Assembly: GCA_965226795.1 (NCBI GenBank) | Contig: CBDDDZ010000004.1 | Coordinates: 288,001-352,000 of the forward strand | DNA length: 64,000 nt | Direction of reading: 5' to 3' | From: Candidatus Latescibacterota bacterium | GTDB taxonomy: Bacteria; Latescibacterota; UBA2968; GCA-2709665 | Shown: in pieces, positions 18,154-28,373 of the stretch | Numbering within the stretch: the first letter of the stretch is position 1 | Layout of the letters: each line of letters starts with the position of its first letter | The notes under the pieces: generated by a model | Seen by the model: the letters and a program-made list of their open reading frames with translations, nothing else | Database searches by the model: none | Told to the model about the DNA's origin: nothing | Made by a program: the position numbers and the translations under genes

Positions 18154-18759
18154 GTCTTTCACCTCCTTTCGTCGACATCCCCGCGATATCCAATCAATCT
18201 CCAATTCCTTCGATCGTGGAGCCGGATACGCATCGCTGAGATGCCATGATGTCCGAAGCGTTTTGTATGCCTTTTTTTCCATCGCGGCACACGCCCCGCC
18301 GGGGCGGCTTCGGCTGCGAATCAACCGTAATAACCTGTCACGCGACACTCGTTGCCGGTGACTCCGTCGACGCATAGGACTCGCAAGGATTGTGCCACTC
18401 CCGATACCCCGGGGCATAACTGTCTGGCTTGCATATGCGAATTAATTTTCGAACCGGGGGGAGGTCGTCGTACCACGGCCGGTACTTGAAATTAGTGTTC
18501 CGTTGTACATCACTCAGATGAAACATTGTTGTATTTTGCGCCGCGCCGAACGCACCGGGAAGCGTTGCAACAAAAAAACACCGGTGACAAAAGCCACCGA
18601 TGTTCGATCCAACAAGAAAGTTCAGATGGGTAATTTCAGCCCGCGTTCGACGGGCAATCACGCGAAGGGTATTGGGTCAACAAGGCTGCTTTATTCGCGA
18701 ATCAATCATCTTCCCCGCGCACAATGGCTTGTCGAGCCCTTGAGGAAGCATGTGTGAAG

Positions 18760-18784
18760 GTGGGGCAGACATTCCTGTCTGCCC
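18760..18784 (+). repeat. REP-like palindrome
   Basis: GTGG-GGCAGACA-ttcc-TGTCTGCC-C. Confidence 0.7.
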
Positions 18785-18787
18785 TTC

Positions 18788-18990
18788 TCATTGTCCTTTT
18801 GCCGGAATGCAGACAGAAGAAAGGCTTGCGCCGCCATTATAGAACCAATACTCGGGATGGCGCTTGAGCCTCAGCTTACGCGCTTCCTTGAAGGCGCGGC
18901 GTTTGTCCCGGGGGATCGCGTCAGCCAGGCGAAAGGTGATCCAATAGACAGCACCGTCCTTCTTCCAGTGGGGAAGACGGCGGCGAGTTT
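18788..18990 (-). pseudogene. N-terminal fragment of a REP-associated tyrosine transposase (RAYT, Y1/HUH-like)
   Basis: RRRLPHWKKDGAVYWITFRLADAIP resembles the RAYT N-terminus; truncated before the HUH motif; flanked by REPs. Confidence 0.65.
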
Positions 18991-19036
18991 TGGCGTGCCC
19001 GGACACAGCATTCTGAGATTTCGGTTTGCTGTATAT

Positions 19037-19061
19037 GAGCAGACAAGAATGTCTGCTCCAC
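19037..19061 (-). repeat. REP-like palindrome, inverted relative to 18760-18784
   Basis: Minus strand GTGGAGCAGACA-ttct-TGTCTGCTC. Confidence 0.7.
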
Positions 19062-19481
19062 CTTTTCAAGCTTTTGTTCGAAGTATCGCTTGAGCGCATC
19101 AACCGTCCGAGACAAAACACCCTGTACTTGCTTCCCCCTCCCGAAACAGCAAGGCGCCACTGTCTCATGTGTGCGTGCGGTGACGCAAAGGCAGACCGGT
19201 CGTCACCGTCAAATGCGAGCGGGAAACCGCTGGCATCCGCGAAGCGACGGCGCCTGGCTCTATCGTTCCGATAACGCCATCGAATGCCGCCGCTCGCTTA
19301 GACGTATTTCTTCGAAAGACGTCCCGTTACAGTTGCCGAGGTTCCGAGATATCGTTAAACTTGGTAACGTCGTCGTTGAACGTTCCGCGGAACGCCAATG
19401 GAATGAGGCTAACAAAGTGATAGGGCCCCGTAGCGTAAGCCGGGACCGTGTCCATCCCCCACCCGAAACCAACCGACATCG

Positions 19482-19925
19482 ATGCAACGATACGGAAAAT
19501 TCCTGTCTCCGACATTGGTCAAATTCGTGCTGACCGGCCTCTCGGGAGTGTTCGTCAATCTCGGTTCATTTCAGCTGTTGCTCAGTCTCCGCGTGCACGA
19601 ATTGCTGGCGTCGCCGATTGCGATTGAGCTGTCGATTGTCTCGAATTTTCTGCTGAACAACTATTGGACCTTCAGCGACCGCGCGTTGTCCGGAAAGAAG
19701 CGCGTACGGGGTTTGAAATATCACCTCGTTACCCTGTTTACGCTTATGCTGAGCTATGGCACGTTCGTGTTGCTTTCCTTCCTTTTTCCCGCGGTACCAC
19801 TCGTGATTTGGCAGGGTTGCGCGATTGCCCCGGCTGGTTTGTTCAACTATTCCGTCAATTCCCTATGGACGTTTCGCGACGTGACCCTCGATCGGGCGGG
19901 AAACAGCGAGGACGGCGCCCAATGA
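19482..19925 (+). CDS. GtrA family membrane protein
   Basis: KFVLTGLSGVFVN, NFLLNNYWTF, NYSVNSLWTF. Confidence 0.88.
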   Translation: MQRYGKFLSPTLVKFVLTGLSGVFVNLGSFQLLLSLRVHELLASPIAIELSIVSNFLLNNYWTFSDRALSGKKRVRGLKYHLVTLFTLMLSYGTFVLLSFLFPAVPLVIWQGCAIAPAGLFNYSVNSLWTFRDVTLDRAGNSEDGAQ

Positions 19926-22003
19926 ATCGCGCGCACGCCAGGAATGAAGCGTTTAAACCGGCCCGCGATGGCGCCGCTCTGGTTGCGTCCATTGTGGCCC
20001 CGCTCGTGCTCTATGTGCTGACGATGCCGCGCACCGTTGTCCTGGAAGACGATGGGTTGTTTCTGATGGCCGGGGCACACCTGGGCGTGGCCCATCCGCC
20101 GGGATATCCGCTCTATACGTTCATTGTCTATCTCTTCACGCAATTGCCCTTTGGCAGTGCCGCCTTCCTCGGCCATTTGTCCAGCGCGGTACTGGGCGCC
20201 TTCGCGTGCGGTTGCATTTATTTATGCGGACGCCTGATAGGCGCATCGCCCGTTCCAGCGCTCACTGCCACCTGGCTGTTCGCCGCCTCAGAGCATTTCT
20301 GGTCTCAGGCCATTGTCACCGAGGTCTATGCCCTCAATGCGCTGTTTTTCTTCGGCCTATACGCACTGCTCGTGTACGGCGTCCGCCAGCCTCACCGTAT
20401 CGGTATCTGGATAGCCGCCGCTGCGGCCTACGGATTGAGCCTGGCCAATCACGTGCCGCTGACCGTGCTATCAACGCCGGGGTTGGTGGTACTGGCCTTT
20501 ACCGTTCGGCGGACTTTGTATAAGAAACTCCCGCTGCTTTTCGCCATTCTCGCGTGTTGCGCAGCATTGCCCTATATCTGGATGATCTGGAGGTCGCACC
20601 AGGAAATACTGATTAATTTCTACGGCCCTATCGATACCTTGAAGGACTTCTGGTTCTACATCAGCCGGCAGGGGTACGTCGACGTCGATACCAGCCCAAG
20701 CGCGGGATGGAACGACCGGTTCAAGTTCATGCAGTGGCTTGGCAACGAGTTCCTGTGGCAATTGACACTGCCGGGAATTGCACTGGCGGTCTTCGGCCTG
20801 GTCATCCTGTTTCGGAGGCGGCAGGTCGCAATCGCCTGGTCCGGAGTGTTGGTCTTTCTCGCGAACAGCATTGTGCTGACTGTCCTGCTGCGCTTCGATT
20901 TTGACTACTTCCAGGTTGCGGTCTTTCGGCCCTATTCCCTGTCCTGTTACGGCATCCAGGCATTGTGGCTGGGAATTGGTTTGCAGGTTGTCTATACCTG
21001 GCTGGCGAAAACCCTCTCCTCCAAAACAACCCACGAGCCGAAAATCAGAATTGGCGTGGCAACGCTGGCTGGCGCCGGATTGGTCTGGTGGTCTGTCCAT
21101 TCTCACTGGCAGGCCAACGATAGAGCCAATAACGACTTCGCGGAGCGCTATGCTGAAATGCAGTTGGACCTCGTGCCGGAAGATGGGGTCCTATTTGTTT
21201 TCGCGGATGCAACCGGCCCGATCGGCTACTATCGATACGTTGAAAACCGCCGTCCGGACGTCACGCTTTACAATATGCAGGGACTCGTGTATGGCGAACG
21301 TCTCTTCGGCCCGTTCCTGTCCAAAGACAAAAGGAAAGAAGCACTCGAACAATTTATCGATTCGACCGATAACAGGCTCTTCTTTCCGGTGGACGTCGAT
21401 ATCTATCCCAGCCGTCAGTTCTGGCTCTACGGCTTTCTCATGGAAACCGTCAGGGACGGCCAGCCCGGGACCATAAAGCTCAAGCACCACCCGCGCAGCG
21501 ATGATTTCTTCATTCAACTCATCGCCCGACAGCCCGTCGATCGCTGGGAACGCGTCCGCAGGAATGAACTGTTGTTCCATTATGGGCGATACCTGGGATT
21601 GGTCCGGTTTACGGGCGACCCGATAGGCGATCGTATGCAGAAATCCTTCAGCCTCGTGGAAGGAAGCTACGCCTGTCTACTGGGCATGGCCTCCGTCGTA
21701 TTGGATAACGGAAACAGCTCAAACTGGGGGGAAGTCGCCGCGTGGTTGGCGAAGGCTGAGACCCTGAAGTACGAAGCGCTAAAGAAGAAATCTCTGGCAC
21801 AGCTATACTACCTGAAGGGAAGCCTGTTACAGAAACAGGGTCAGGAGAACGCCGCCATCAGGTCTTTCCGGATGTCGCTGGACATATATCCACATCCGGA
21901 GAACACGTCGTCCGATGCCCTCGACCAATACAGGATCGACTTCAAGAGGGTCAATCCGCCTGGTCCAAAGAGCTCCAGATCCGGCTTACCGCTCCCTCGG
22001 TAA
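19922..22003 (+). CDS. DUF2723 / TMEM260-like membrane glycosyltransferase with C-terminal TPR-like region
   Basis: GVAHPPGYPLY, WSQAIVTEVYALN, GLSLANH; start overlaps the gtrA stop (ATGA). Confidence 0.82.
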   Translation: MNRAHARNEAFKPARDGAALVASIVAPLVLYVLTMPRTVVLEDDGLFLMAGAHLGVAHPPGYPLYTFIVYLFTQLPFGSAAFLGHLSSAVLGAFACGCIYLCGRLIGASPVPALTATWLFAASEHFWSQAIVTEVYALNALFFFGLYALLVYGVRQPHRIGIWIAAAAAYGLSLANHVPLTVLSTPGLVVLAFTVRRTLYKKLPLLFAILACCAALPYIWMIWRSHQEILINFYGPIDTLKDFWFYISRQGYVDVDTSPSAGWNDRFKFMQWLGNEFLWQLTLPGIALAVFGLVILFRRRQVAIAWSGVLVFLANSIVLTVLLRFDFDYFQVAVFRPYSLSCYGIQALWLGIGLQVVYTWLAKTLSSKTTHEPKIRIGVATLAGAGLVWWSVHSHWQANDRANNDFAERYAEMQLDLVPEDGVLFVFADATGPIGYYRYVENRRPDVTLYNMQGLVYGERLFGPFLSKDKRKEALEQFIDSTDNRLFFPVDVDIYPSRQFWLYGFLMETVRDGQPGTIKLKHHPRSDDFFIQLIARQPVDRWERVRRNELLFHYGRYLGLVRFTGDPIGDRMQKSFSLVEGSYACLLGMASVVLDNGNSSNWGEVAAWLAKAETLKYEALKKKSLAQLYYLKGSLLQKQGQENAAIRSFRMSLDIYPHPENTSSDALDQYRIDFKRVNPPGPKSSRSGLPLPR

Positions 22004-22438
22004 ATACCCACCTTTGTTGCCCCCTATCCCGCCAGACATACGCCCATAATATACCAGCCTCATCCACGGGAGCCTGTCGATTCCGTGTAGGTCTCGCGCC
22101 CAAACCGATGTGTATTCGCCAAAACTGGATTGCGAGTTTCCGTCGAAACCCCATAGGTTGCGATGGCCCCCCTGAGGGCTATGCGCATGTTGCCGGACCG
22201 ATGTATTCAGGCGTGCCGGTATTCGCTCAAGCCGAACATGGCGTAACTATGTATCCGCGAATCCGGGCTTTTGGACTGCGGAGACGAAACAGACAGGAGG
22301 GTAGGAGACTTCGAATCGTGACGAGGGGAAATCGCGAGGGGTGACAGTGGAGGCTGGATCAATCAGGATGGCTAGTTTTACAAAACTACATAGTGTATAA
22401 CGGCTCCATGGGGTCGCGCCCGACGCACAGCGGATTTA

Positions 22439-22852
22439 TCAGCCATGTATCCCATCCAACTCAGGCAGCAGCCGGACGCTTTCCTGTTCATTCGGGTCGG
22501 TGCGGGCGATGACGACGGTGCAGGTTTCGGTCTCGCTGGGATTGTAGGGAAGGTGGGGCACGCCGGGTGGGATATAGACGAAATCGCCGCTGTCGACGCA
22601 CATGTGCTCCTCCAGGTTGTCACCGTACCACATTCCGGATCTGCCGCTGATGACGTAGACGGCGGTCTCGTGGCCTTCGTGCAGATGCGCCCTGGCGCGT
22701 TCGCCCGGAGGTATATTCAACAGGTGCATGCAGATCCCGCGCGCGCCCGTGTTTTCGGCCGCGACGCCGGTTCGATACGTAAAGGCCTGCTTGCCGGTGT
22801 AGACTGCCTGGGAGCGAATGACTTTGCATTTTGGAGCGGCTGGCGACGACAT
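22439..22852 (-). CDS. Cupin domain protein
   Basis: AHLHEGHETAVY, GDFVYIPPGVPHLPYN. Confidence 0.88.
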   Translation of the reverse strand: MSSPAAPKCKVIRSQAVYTGKQAFTYRTGVAAENTGARGICMHLLNIPPGERARAHLHEGHETAVYVISGRSGMWYGDNLEEHMCVDSGDFVYIPPGVPHLPYNPSETETCTVVIARTDPNEQESVRLLPELDGIHG

Positions 22853-22921
22853 AGTTCCTCTCTTCCGGATTTGGCGACAAGGTCGAATCAATACACGGCG
22901 GGCCCCGCGTTATCGCGGGTT

Positions 22922-23696
22922 TCAGATCTTCACGACTCGACAACAGAAAACCGGCCAAAAAAACTCGAAATCGTCATCACCTGAACGACGTATCCCGAAC
23001 TCACTTCTGACATCCTGAGATGCGGCAGCGAAATCCCGATACAATCCCTCCGAGGCCGCCTCAGGTGTACCCGACCTGTTGACCCAATCCCAGAACGTCA
23101 TGTCCACCTGCGTCGCGGCAGTATGGGTTATTTCAAAACCGGTGTCTGTCACGTGCCTGCGCCATGCCGACGGTGTTGGAGCGGTTGCATGCGTAGGGTC
23201 GCGCGCCACCTCCACCTGATGATGCCACGCCGCGATGACGGGGTCTTCAGACGTCGTTGTATCGCACAGAAGAAAGACGCCCCCGGGCCGCAACACCCGG
23301 AGGACCTCTGAAAGAAACTTCCCGATGTCCCGGAAATGGTGCGGGGCGGTCCGGCAGGTGACCAGGTCAATGGATGCGCCCGGGTACGGAATATCGCTCG
23401 CATCGATCATTTCGAAACGGACGTTTGCAATGGCCCCGCCTGGCGGCGATTTTGCGGGCCTGGTCCAGCATGCCTTGCGCGATGTCCGAAGCCACGATTG
23501 TGTCGCAGAACCCGGCAACCGCGAACGCCGTAAAGCCGGGACCGGTGGCCATATCCAGACCCAACGGGTAGCGATCGAGGGATGCCCATTCCGTGAGGAT
23601 GCGCAAACTCTCTCCGGACGAGTGCGCCTCGCTCACCGCGTATTTCGCCGCCTGGCGGTCGAACTGCTCCCCGGCCTCGGTCGATGTCATGTTCAA
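22922..23696 (-). pseudogene. Class I SAM-dependent methyltransferase, frameshifted near 23432
   Basis: LDMATGPG in the 5' frame; DLVTCRTAPHHF and RVLRPGG in the 3' frame. Confidence 0.82.
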
Positions 23697-23775
23697 ATTT
23701 GTACCTTCATCGTGAAATCAAACGTCCGATCCATCGAAACGCTCTTCCCTTACGGCCCTCCCGACAAGTCTCCGC

Positions 23776-24912
23776 TCACGACGCGCCCAAAACCGCCCTC
23801 AAGCGCCCGCTAACCACGCCCAGGTCCTCATCCGTCAACGTCGGCACCGACACATGGAGCGCGTTCCCGCTATCCCCCAGCACGATACTCGGGCGGCCCT
23901 CCTGCAATTCGGCCAGGATCTGCGATAGGGATTTTCCCACGGCCTCTTCGTCGAACCGGATCAGCAGCCCGTTGCTGAGCCCCCGTTTTTCCGTTACATG
24001 TTCGACCTCGACGTGAGGGACTCCCTCCAGGGCGCGCAGGATCTCGTCGGCCTTGCGCCGGTGATCGGCGAAGCGCGCATCGTGGTCCATTTCGAACCAT
24101 TCCTTCAACGCGGCCGTAACGGCAATCACCTCCTGGCGGTCCACCTTCAAGGGGCGGCCCACCGTGCGCGGTTCCTCGGTTTCAAATCCGATAAAACCGT
24201 GCACGAAAGCCGCATCCACCAGGTCTTTCCGTCCGCACATAATCCCCGTGGAGTTGCACGCGCCGAAATATTTCGCGCCGTACCCCACCAGGTCCGCGCC
24301 CATCCTGGGGTACCGACACATGGCGTCCAGCGGAAACACCTGGGAGGCCGCATCCACGATCACGGGAACGCCACGGTCCCTCGCAATGGCCATGGCGTCC
24401 TCCAACGGGACAACGCCCGCCCCGCCACCCGGTGCGACATAGAGCAACCCGGCCGTGCGCTCCGTCATCGCCGCATCGAGTTGCCGCGCCGTCGTGCCCT
24501 TCGCGTCTCCCGCCTCCACCAGTTTTCCGCCAAAAATCGTTACACAGCGTTCGTACTTGTAACGCTGACCGGCCTGAATCAGAAACTCGTCCCGCATCCC
24601 CGTGGTGTCGGGCAACCGCTCCATCTTGCCGGGATCGTCTCCCGTCATGCACGCTGCCGATCCCAGCGCAAGCACCGAGGCGCAACCGGGCGTGACCAGC
24701 GCCGCCTCCGCCCCCAGCATCCCGGCAATGACCTCGCCCGACCGCTTCAGCAGTTCTTTCATATCCACAAAGTACCGGTTCGCATCCTGCATGGCCTGCC
24801 TCACCCCGGGAGACAGGCGCGAACCACCCAGTACGGTCTGGCTTCCCATCGCATTGATTACAGGGTTCACCCCCAGGTCTTCGTAGATCCGGCGTCCTCT
24901 TTCGCTGTCCAT
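23776..24912 (-). CDS. SelA-like / DgaE-family PLP-dependent enzyme
   Basis: LGVNPVINAMG..T.LGGS, VIVDAAS, GAKYFG, GRPLKVDRQE; lacks the SelA N-terminal domain. Confidence 0.8.
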   Translation of the reverse strand: MDSERGRRIYEDLGVNPVINAMGSQTVLGGSRLSPGVRQAMQDANRYFVDMKELLKRSGEVIAGMLGAEAALVTPGCASVLALGSAACMTGDDPGKMERLPDTTGMRDEFLIQAGQRYKYERCVTIFGGKLVEAGDAKGTTARQLDAAMTERTAGLLYVAPGGGAGVVPLEDAMAIARDRGVPVIVDAASQVFPLDAMCRYPRMGADLVGYGAKYFGACNSTGIMCGRKDLVDAAFVHGFIGFETEEPRTVGRPLKVDRQEVIAVTAALKEWFEMDHDARFADHRRKADEILRALEGVPHVEVEHVTEKRGLSNGLLIRFDEEAVGKSLSQILAELQEGRPSIVLGDSGNALHVSVPTLTDEDLGVVSGRLRAVLGAS

Positions 24913-25244
24913 ACACACCTCTTGTCTGGCAAATGATTCGTGCGGAAACTGAAAAATCGGCGGCTCCCTTCGCCGCTGATGACGCCGACAAGATAGCTTT
25001 CTTGTATCTGCCGATCAATTCCTTTCTGTTCACGGGCAAAACAACAAAGGGCGACCATAACGGCGGACCCTGCGAAACATCGGTAACCCGCCCAATGGCT
25101 CCGTCCGGCTCATCCGCGCGCGCGGTACGTGGGCGAACTCCCGGAGGGAACAACGTCAATACGGTAAGCCATGTAAAATGGGGATCCCGTTCCCGAACGC
25201 TCGGAGGAATCCCCAGGTTGTTCGCGTCTTCGATTGTCGAAACT

Positions 25245-26354
25245 CTACAGCCGCGGCCGGCTGCCCGTCCCGTACCCCACAAGTTCCACGTATCCCCGCC
25301 CCATTGGCTTACCATCCAGGCCCGTGATCTCCACGGCGCCCTCCCAGTAAAACAGTGACTTCATCAACGCGCTGCGATTCTCCTGGTCCGCCATTGCCGG
25401 CCGGATCAGCATCCGCAACCCCTCACCCGGCAACGCGACCTCCCAGCGCGAGGGATAGACCGCATCCGTCTCCGGACTCCTCCAGGTATCCGTGGACCGA
25501 ACAGAAAAATCCTCAGGCGCCAGATAGCGGGCGTCCCCCGAAGCCGAGACCATCGTCCCCCGGGAAAAGTCCACGGCGCCCGTGGTATCCCGCAGCACGT
25601 ACAGCATCGTCTCGCGCCCGTCGTCAAGCTGCAGGCTGAACCAGTCCCAACCCACCTGGTGGGCTTCGAGTTGGTTCGACCCGAACTCCTTGTCCATCCA
25701 ACTCTGGCCCGTTACTGGTAGCCGCTCGTCGCCCAGCCGGATTTCGCCCGTTGTCGCAAGCCGCGTAAAACTGTAGTACTGGCTGGCTGCCGCCGCTCCC
25801 TTCCCTTTCTTGCTATATCCGTCCGGCCCCTGAAACACCATCGGCTTCGCCGGCCGGGTCGAAAGCAAAAATCCAATGCGCTGCCGGCTGTCGGCCATCG
25901 AAAAATCGAATCCCGACCCGTTCCAGCGCAGCGTCCACAGCGCTTCGGTACCCGCGGGGCCCCGGCTCCAGGCGATTAACGTATCGGGGTGCTCGCCAAA
26001 CCCGCCCAGCAGCGGCGTCACGCGGTAGATCACCTCGCTGAACAGATGTCGCCCCGAACCCGGATCGCTGATGGCCGCGTGGCCCATGATCAGATTGCCG
26101 GTCGCCCAATCCGACGCCAGCGAGGGCCGCTGCGGTAACAGACCGACCCTGAAGAAGGTGAACTGGTACCCGAAACGCCGGCCGTCCTCCGCCGCCAGAT
26201 GCCCGGTAACGTACCACCACTCCGTTTTGTACCCTTCCCGCGACCAGTGATCCTGCGGGAAGGACCAGGGGTAATCCTGCCGCGCGGTCTTCCACTCCTC
26301 TGCATGGACCAGAGAGGCGATAGCAAGCAGGCAAAAAGCGAGCGCAACCCTCAT
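25245..26354 (-). CDS. AttH/CrtC-like lipocalin-fold secreted protein
   Basis: Signal peptide; FPQDH, EWWYVTGHL, GYQFTFFR, YYSFTRL, WMDKEFG, GWDWFSLQL, YWEG, GYVELVGY. Confidence 0.88.
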   Translation of the reverse strand: MRVALAFCLLAIASLVHAEEWKTARQDYPWSFPQDHWSREGYKTEWWYVTGHLAAEDGRRFGYQFTFFRVGLLPQRPSLASDWATGNLIMGHAAISDPGSGRHLFSEVIYRVTPLLGGFGEHPDTLIAWSRGPAGTEALWTLRWNGSGFDFSMADSRQRIGFLLSTRPAKPMVFQGPDGYSKKGKGAAAASQYYSFTRLATTGEIRLGDERLPVTGQSWMDKEFGSNQLEAHQVGWDWFSLQLDDGRETMLYVLRDTTGAVDFSRGTMVSASGDARYLAPEDFSVRSTDTWRSPETDAVYPSRWEVALPGEGLRMLIRPAMADQENRSALMKSLFYWEGAVEITGLDGKPMGRGYVELVGYGTGSRPRL

Positions 26355-26398
26355 TCTGTCATTCCACAGGGGGGCGCGCTTCGATTTCCTGATCGATT

Positions 26399-26560
26399 TC
26401 AAGATTCGCGCGATCCGTCCTCCGATGGTTCTTCGAGATTTGTCCGGACGACAATTGTGCCCGCGATAAAGTCGTGGATGGCCCGGCGTTTGCAGTTCAT
26501 AAGCATGGTGATGACTTCAGTCGCCGTCCATACAAGAAGAATAAATCGAGTCCACGGTCT
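26399..26560 (-). pseudogene. C-terminal fragment of an RDD-family membrane protein
   Basis: KRRAIHDFIAGTIVV motif without a matching N-terminus. Confidence 0.55.
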
Positions 26561-26615
26561 AAAGGTGAACTCGTTGGAAACAGGGGATCGCTCGACCAAT
26601 TGCCACAACTCCGTG

Positions 26616-26837
26616 TCAATTGGTCTCAACTGTCTCCAACAACCTGTTGAGCCGGTTGTCGAGCCCTTTGATGGCGGCCTGAATCGCGTTGACCTCGCGC
26701 TCTTCGAAGTACGCCTCGCCACATTGGTCACATACCCAGGCCGGGACTGTGTCGAGTACCAGGTGATACTCGTTGCGGTCAACGTGGAATGGCGCTTTCG
26801 AGCGTTTCATCTGCCCGCGACAGTGGATACAGTTCAT
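26616..26837 (-). CDS. YgiT/MqsA-type zinc finger protein
   Basis: MNCIHC...VPAWVCDQCGEAYF; start overlaps the upstream stop. Confidence 0.85.
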   Translation of the reverse strand: MNCIHCRGQMKRSKAPFHVDRNEYHLVLDTVPAWVCDQCGEAYFEEREVNAIQAAIKGLDNRLNRLLETVETN

Positions 26838-28291
26838 TTTGATCTTTCCCTTACCACCCCCGAGAAGGCTTCCCGCCCGCGGCGGAAGAGTTCCCTGACG
26901 TCGTCGCGCTGCCGGTCGGTGTTGTATCGCCCCCACGTATCGATCCACTTCAGCGAGTCCTCGATTCCGTTCAGGAAATACCGGGCGGATTCATCTCTTT
27001 CGGCGGGGGGGCGGCCGCACGAGAAGTAAACCGGGCTGCTGTGGGCGTAGATAGACTGGTCGAAGCTGTCGCGCCGGTCGCCCCAGAGCCGTGCGCCGAT
27101 CCAGCCGTCGCGGTCGACGTCCACGCGGTGGCGAATGACGCCCTCGCGTTTCCCCTCGGCGTGGCTCTCGCCGTGAATGACGCGGCCGTTCATCAGGATT
27201 TCCGTACGGTGGATGGGATAGAAGGAGGAGAACTTGGATTCGATATCGAGCGAACCCCCGCTGGGTAACTGAACCGTAGAGCCCATCGCCTGATCGTTGA
27301 CGCGCAGATCGATGGCGGGACCATTGGTGATGAAGGTATTGCCCGCCTTCATGCCGGCGATCCAGTTTTCGTAGGAAAACGTGTCACTGGTGTTGACGTA
27401 AACGCGGTTGTTGGAGCAGACGAACCAGTCCGTGCCGGTGGAGGCAGGGAGGGCGATGCCGCAATTGAGGAGCTTGTACCAGAGATCATACTCGGGGTCC
27501 ATCCAGAAGGGATCAAAAAGGTTGAAGGCGTCCAATTTGCCGAGGGCCGCGGCAACCGGAGCTTCCATCCCACGGCCGTTGTGGCACCAGATGACAATGC
27601 CGCCCTGGTCGCGGGCTTCGTCGCAACAAAAGCAGAGGGGAGGATAGTCGGGGTCGAACTGCGCGGTGAGAATGTGCCCCCGGCTGACGGGTTGGACGAG
27701 GTTGCGGATGTTGAGAAACATCACGTGTCCGTATCCGAAACCCCAGGGCGAGTTCTCGCCGTAGTGGCGGTTCTCTTCGCCGATGTCCAGGACGTGGTGG
27801 GCGGTGGTGAAGTCATTCATGACGCCGATGGGATATTTGTTGCTGGCGTACGGGAGTTGCCTTCTGTCCAGAACGCTGACGACGGTGACGTTATAGCCTT
27901 CCACACTGCAGTCGATCGCCAGCCGGTCGTCTGGCCGCGTTTCCTTTTCGTCGTAGTGTATGTGGGTGTTGCCCGGATACCAGTTGTTCTCCTGTGGGAA
28001 ATACCATCGGTTCAGTACAATCTCGACGTCCCTGGCGCCGTGTTCGGGCATGTCCACCACGGTACGCAAAGGCTCGTATTCCGTTCCTCGCTCCACCAGA
28101 ATGTCGGCACGTCCGCGGCCGGCGCGAACCTCGAAGGCTCCGTCGCTGAAGAAGAACGGCGTGCCGGGGCCCCTCTTGAGCACGGCCTCGCGTGGATGTG
28201 TAAAACGGCCGTCCGACGTCACGACGTGAACCTTGGCGTTGATCTGTTCACCGGTCGCGCCGTCAATGATATGCCCTCGCAGGATGCCCAT
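26834..28291 (-). CDS. CehA/McbA family (PHP-like) metallohydrolase
   Basis: VERGTEY, GNTHIH, GEENRH..YGH, WCH, WYKLLNCG..STGTD, FITNGP, AHSSPVY. Confidence 0.82.
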   Translation of the reverse strand: MGILRGHIIDGATGEQINAKVHVVTSDGRFTHPREAVLKRGPGTPFFFSDGAFEVRAGRGRADILVERGTEYEPLRTVVDMPEHGARDVEIVLNRWYFPQENNWYPGNTHIHYDEKETRPDDRLAIDCSVEGYNVTVVSVLDRRQLPYASNKYPIGVMNDFTTAHHVLDIGEENRHYGENSPWGFGYGHVMFLNIRNLVQPVSRGHILTAQFDPDYPPLCFCCDEARDQGGIVIWCHNGRGMEAPVAAALGKLDAFNLFDPFWMDPEYDLWYKLLNCGIALPASTGTDWFVCSNNRVYVNTSDTFSYENWIAGMKAGNTFITNGPAIDLRVNDQAMGSTVQLPSGGSLDIESKFSSFYPIHRTEILMNGRVIHGESHAEGKREGVIRHRVDVDRDGWIGARLWGDRRDSFDQSIYAHSSPVYFSCGRPPAERDESARYFLNGIEDSLKWIDTWGRYNTDRQRDDVRELFRRGREAFSGVVRERSK

Positions 28292-28309
28292 GGTAAACTC
28301 CCGGGTTGG
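28223..28309. repeat. 87-bp perfect direct repeat, copy 1 (RBS + first 23 codons of the CehA-like gene)
   Basis: Identical to 37627-37713 by base-by-base comparison. Confidence 0.95.
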
Positions 28310-28373
28310 ACGTGTGTTTGATTTCAGGGTGATTTTAAGGATGCAATCTACTGGGGGCGAGCCACATTTCCTT

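Noticed and set aside
16843..18417. Longer ORF-track starts for the precursors (17361, 17551, 18417), and likewise for CPBPs (6693, 7905)
   Set aside because: Internal ATGs have strong Shine-Dalgarno sequences and give homologous N-termini and matching lengths.
23776..24912. selA (selenocysteine synthase), tempting given selD in the window
   Set aside because: About 378 aa and lacks the N-terminal tRNA-binding region; motifs fit the SelA-like/DgaE family instead.
26616..26837. Complete MqsRA/DUF4258-type toxin-antitoxin system
   Set aside because: Only the zinc-finger gene is present; the upstream neighbour is the metallohydrolase, not a toxin.
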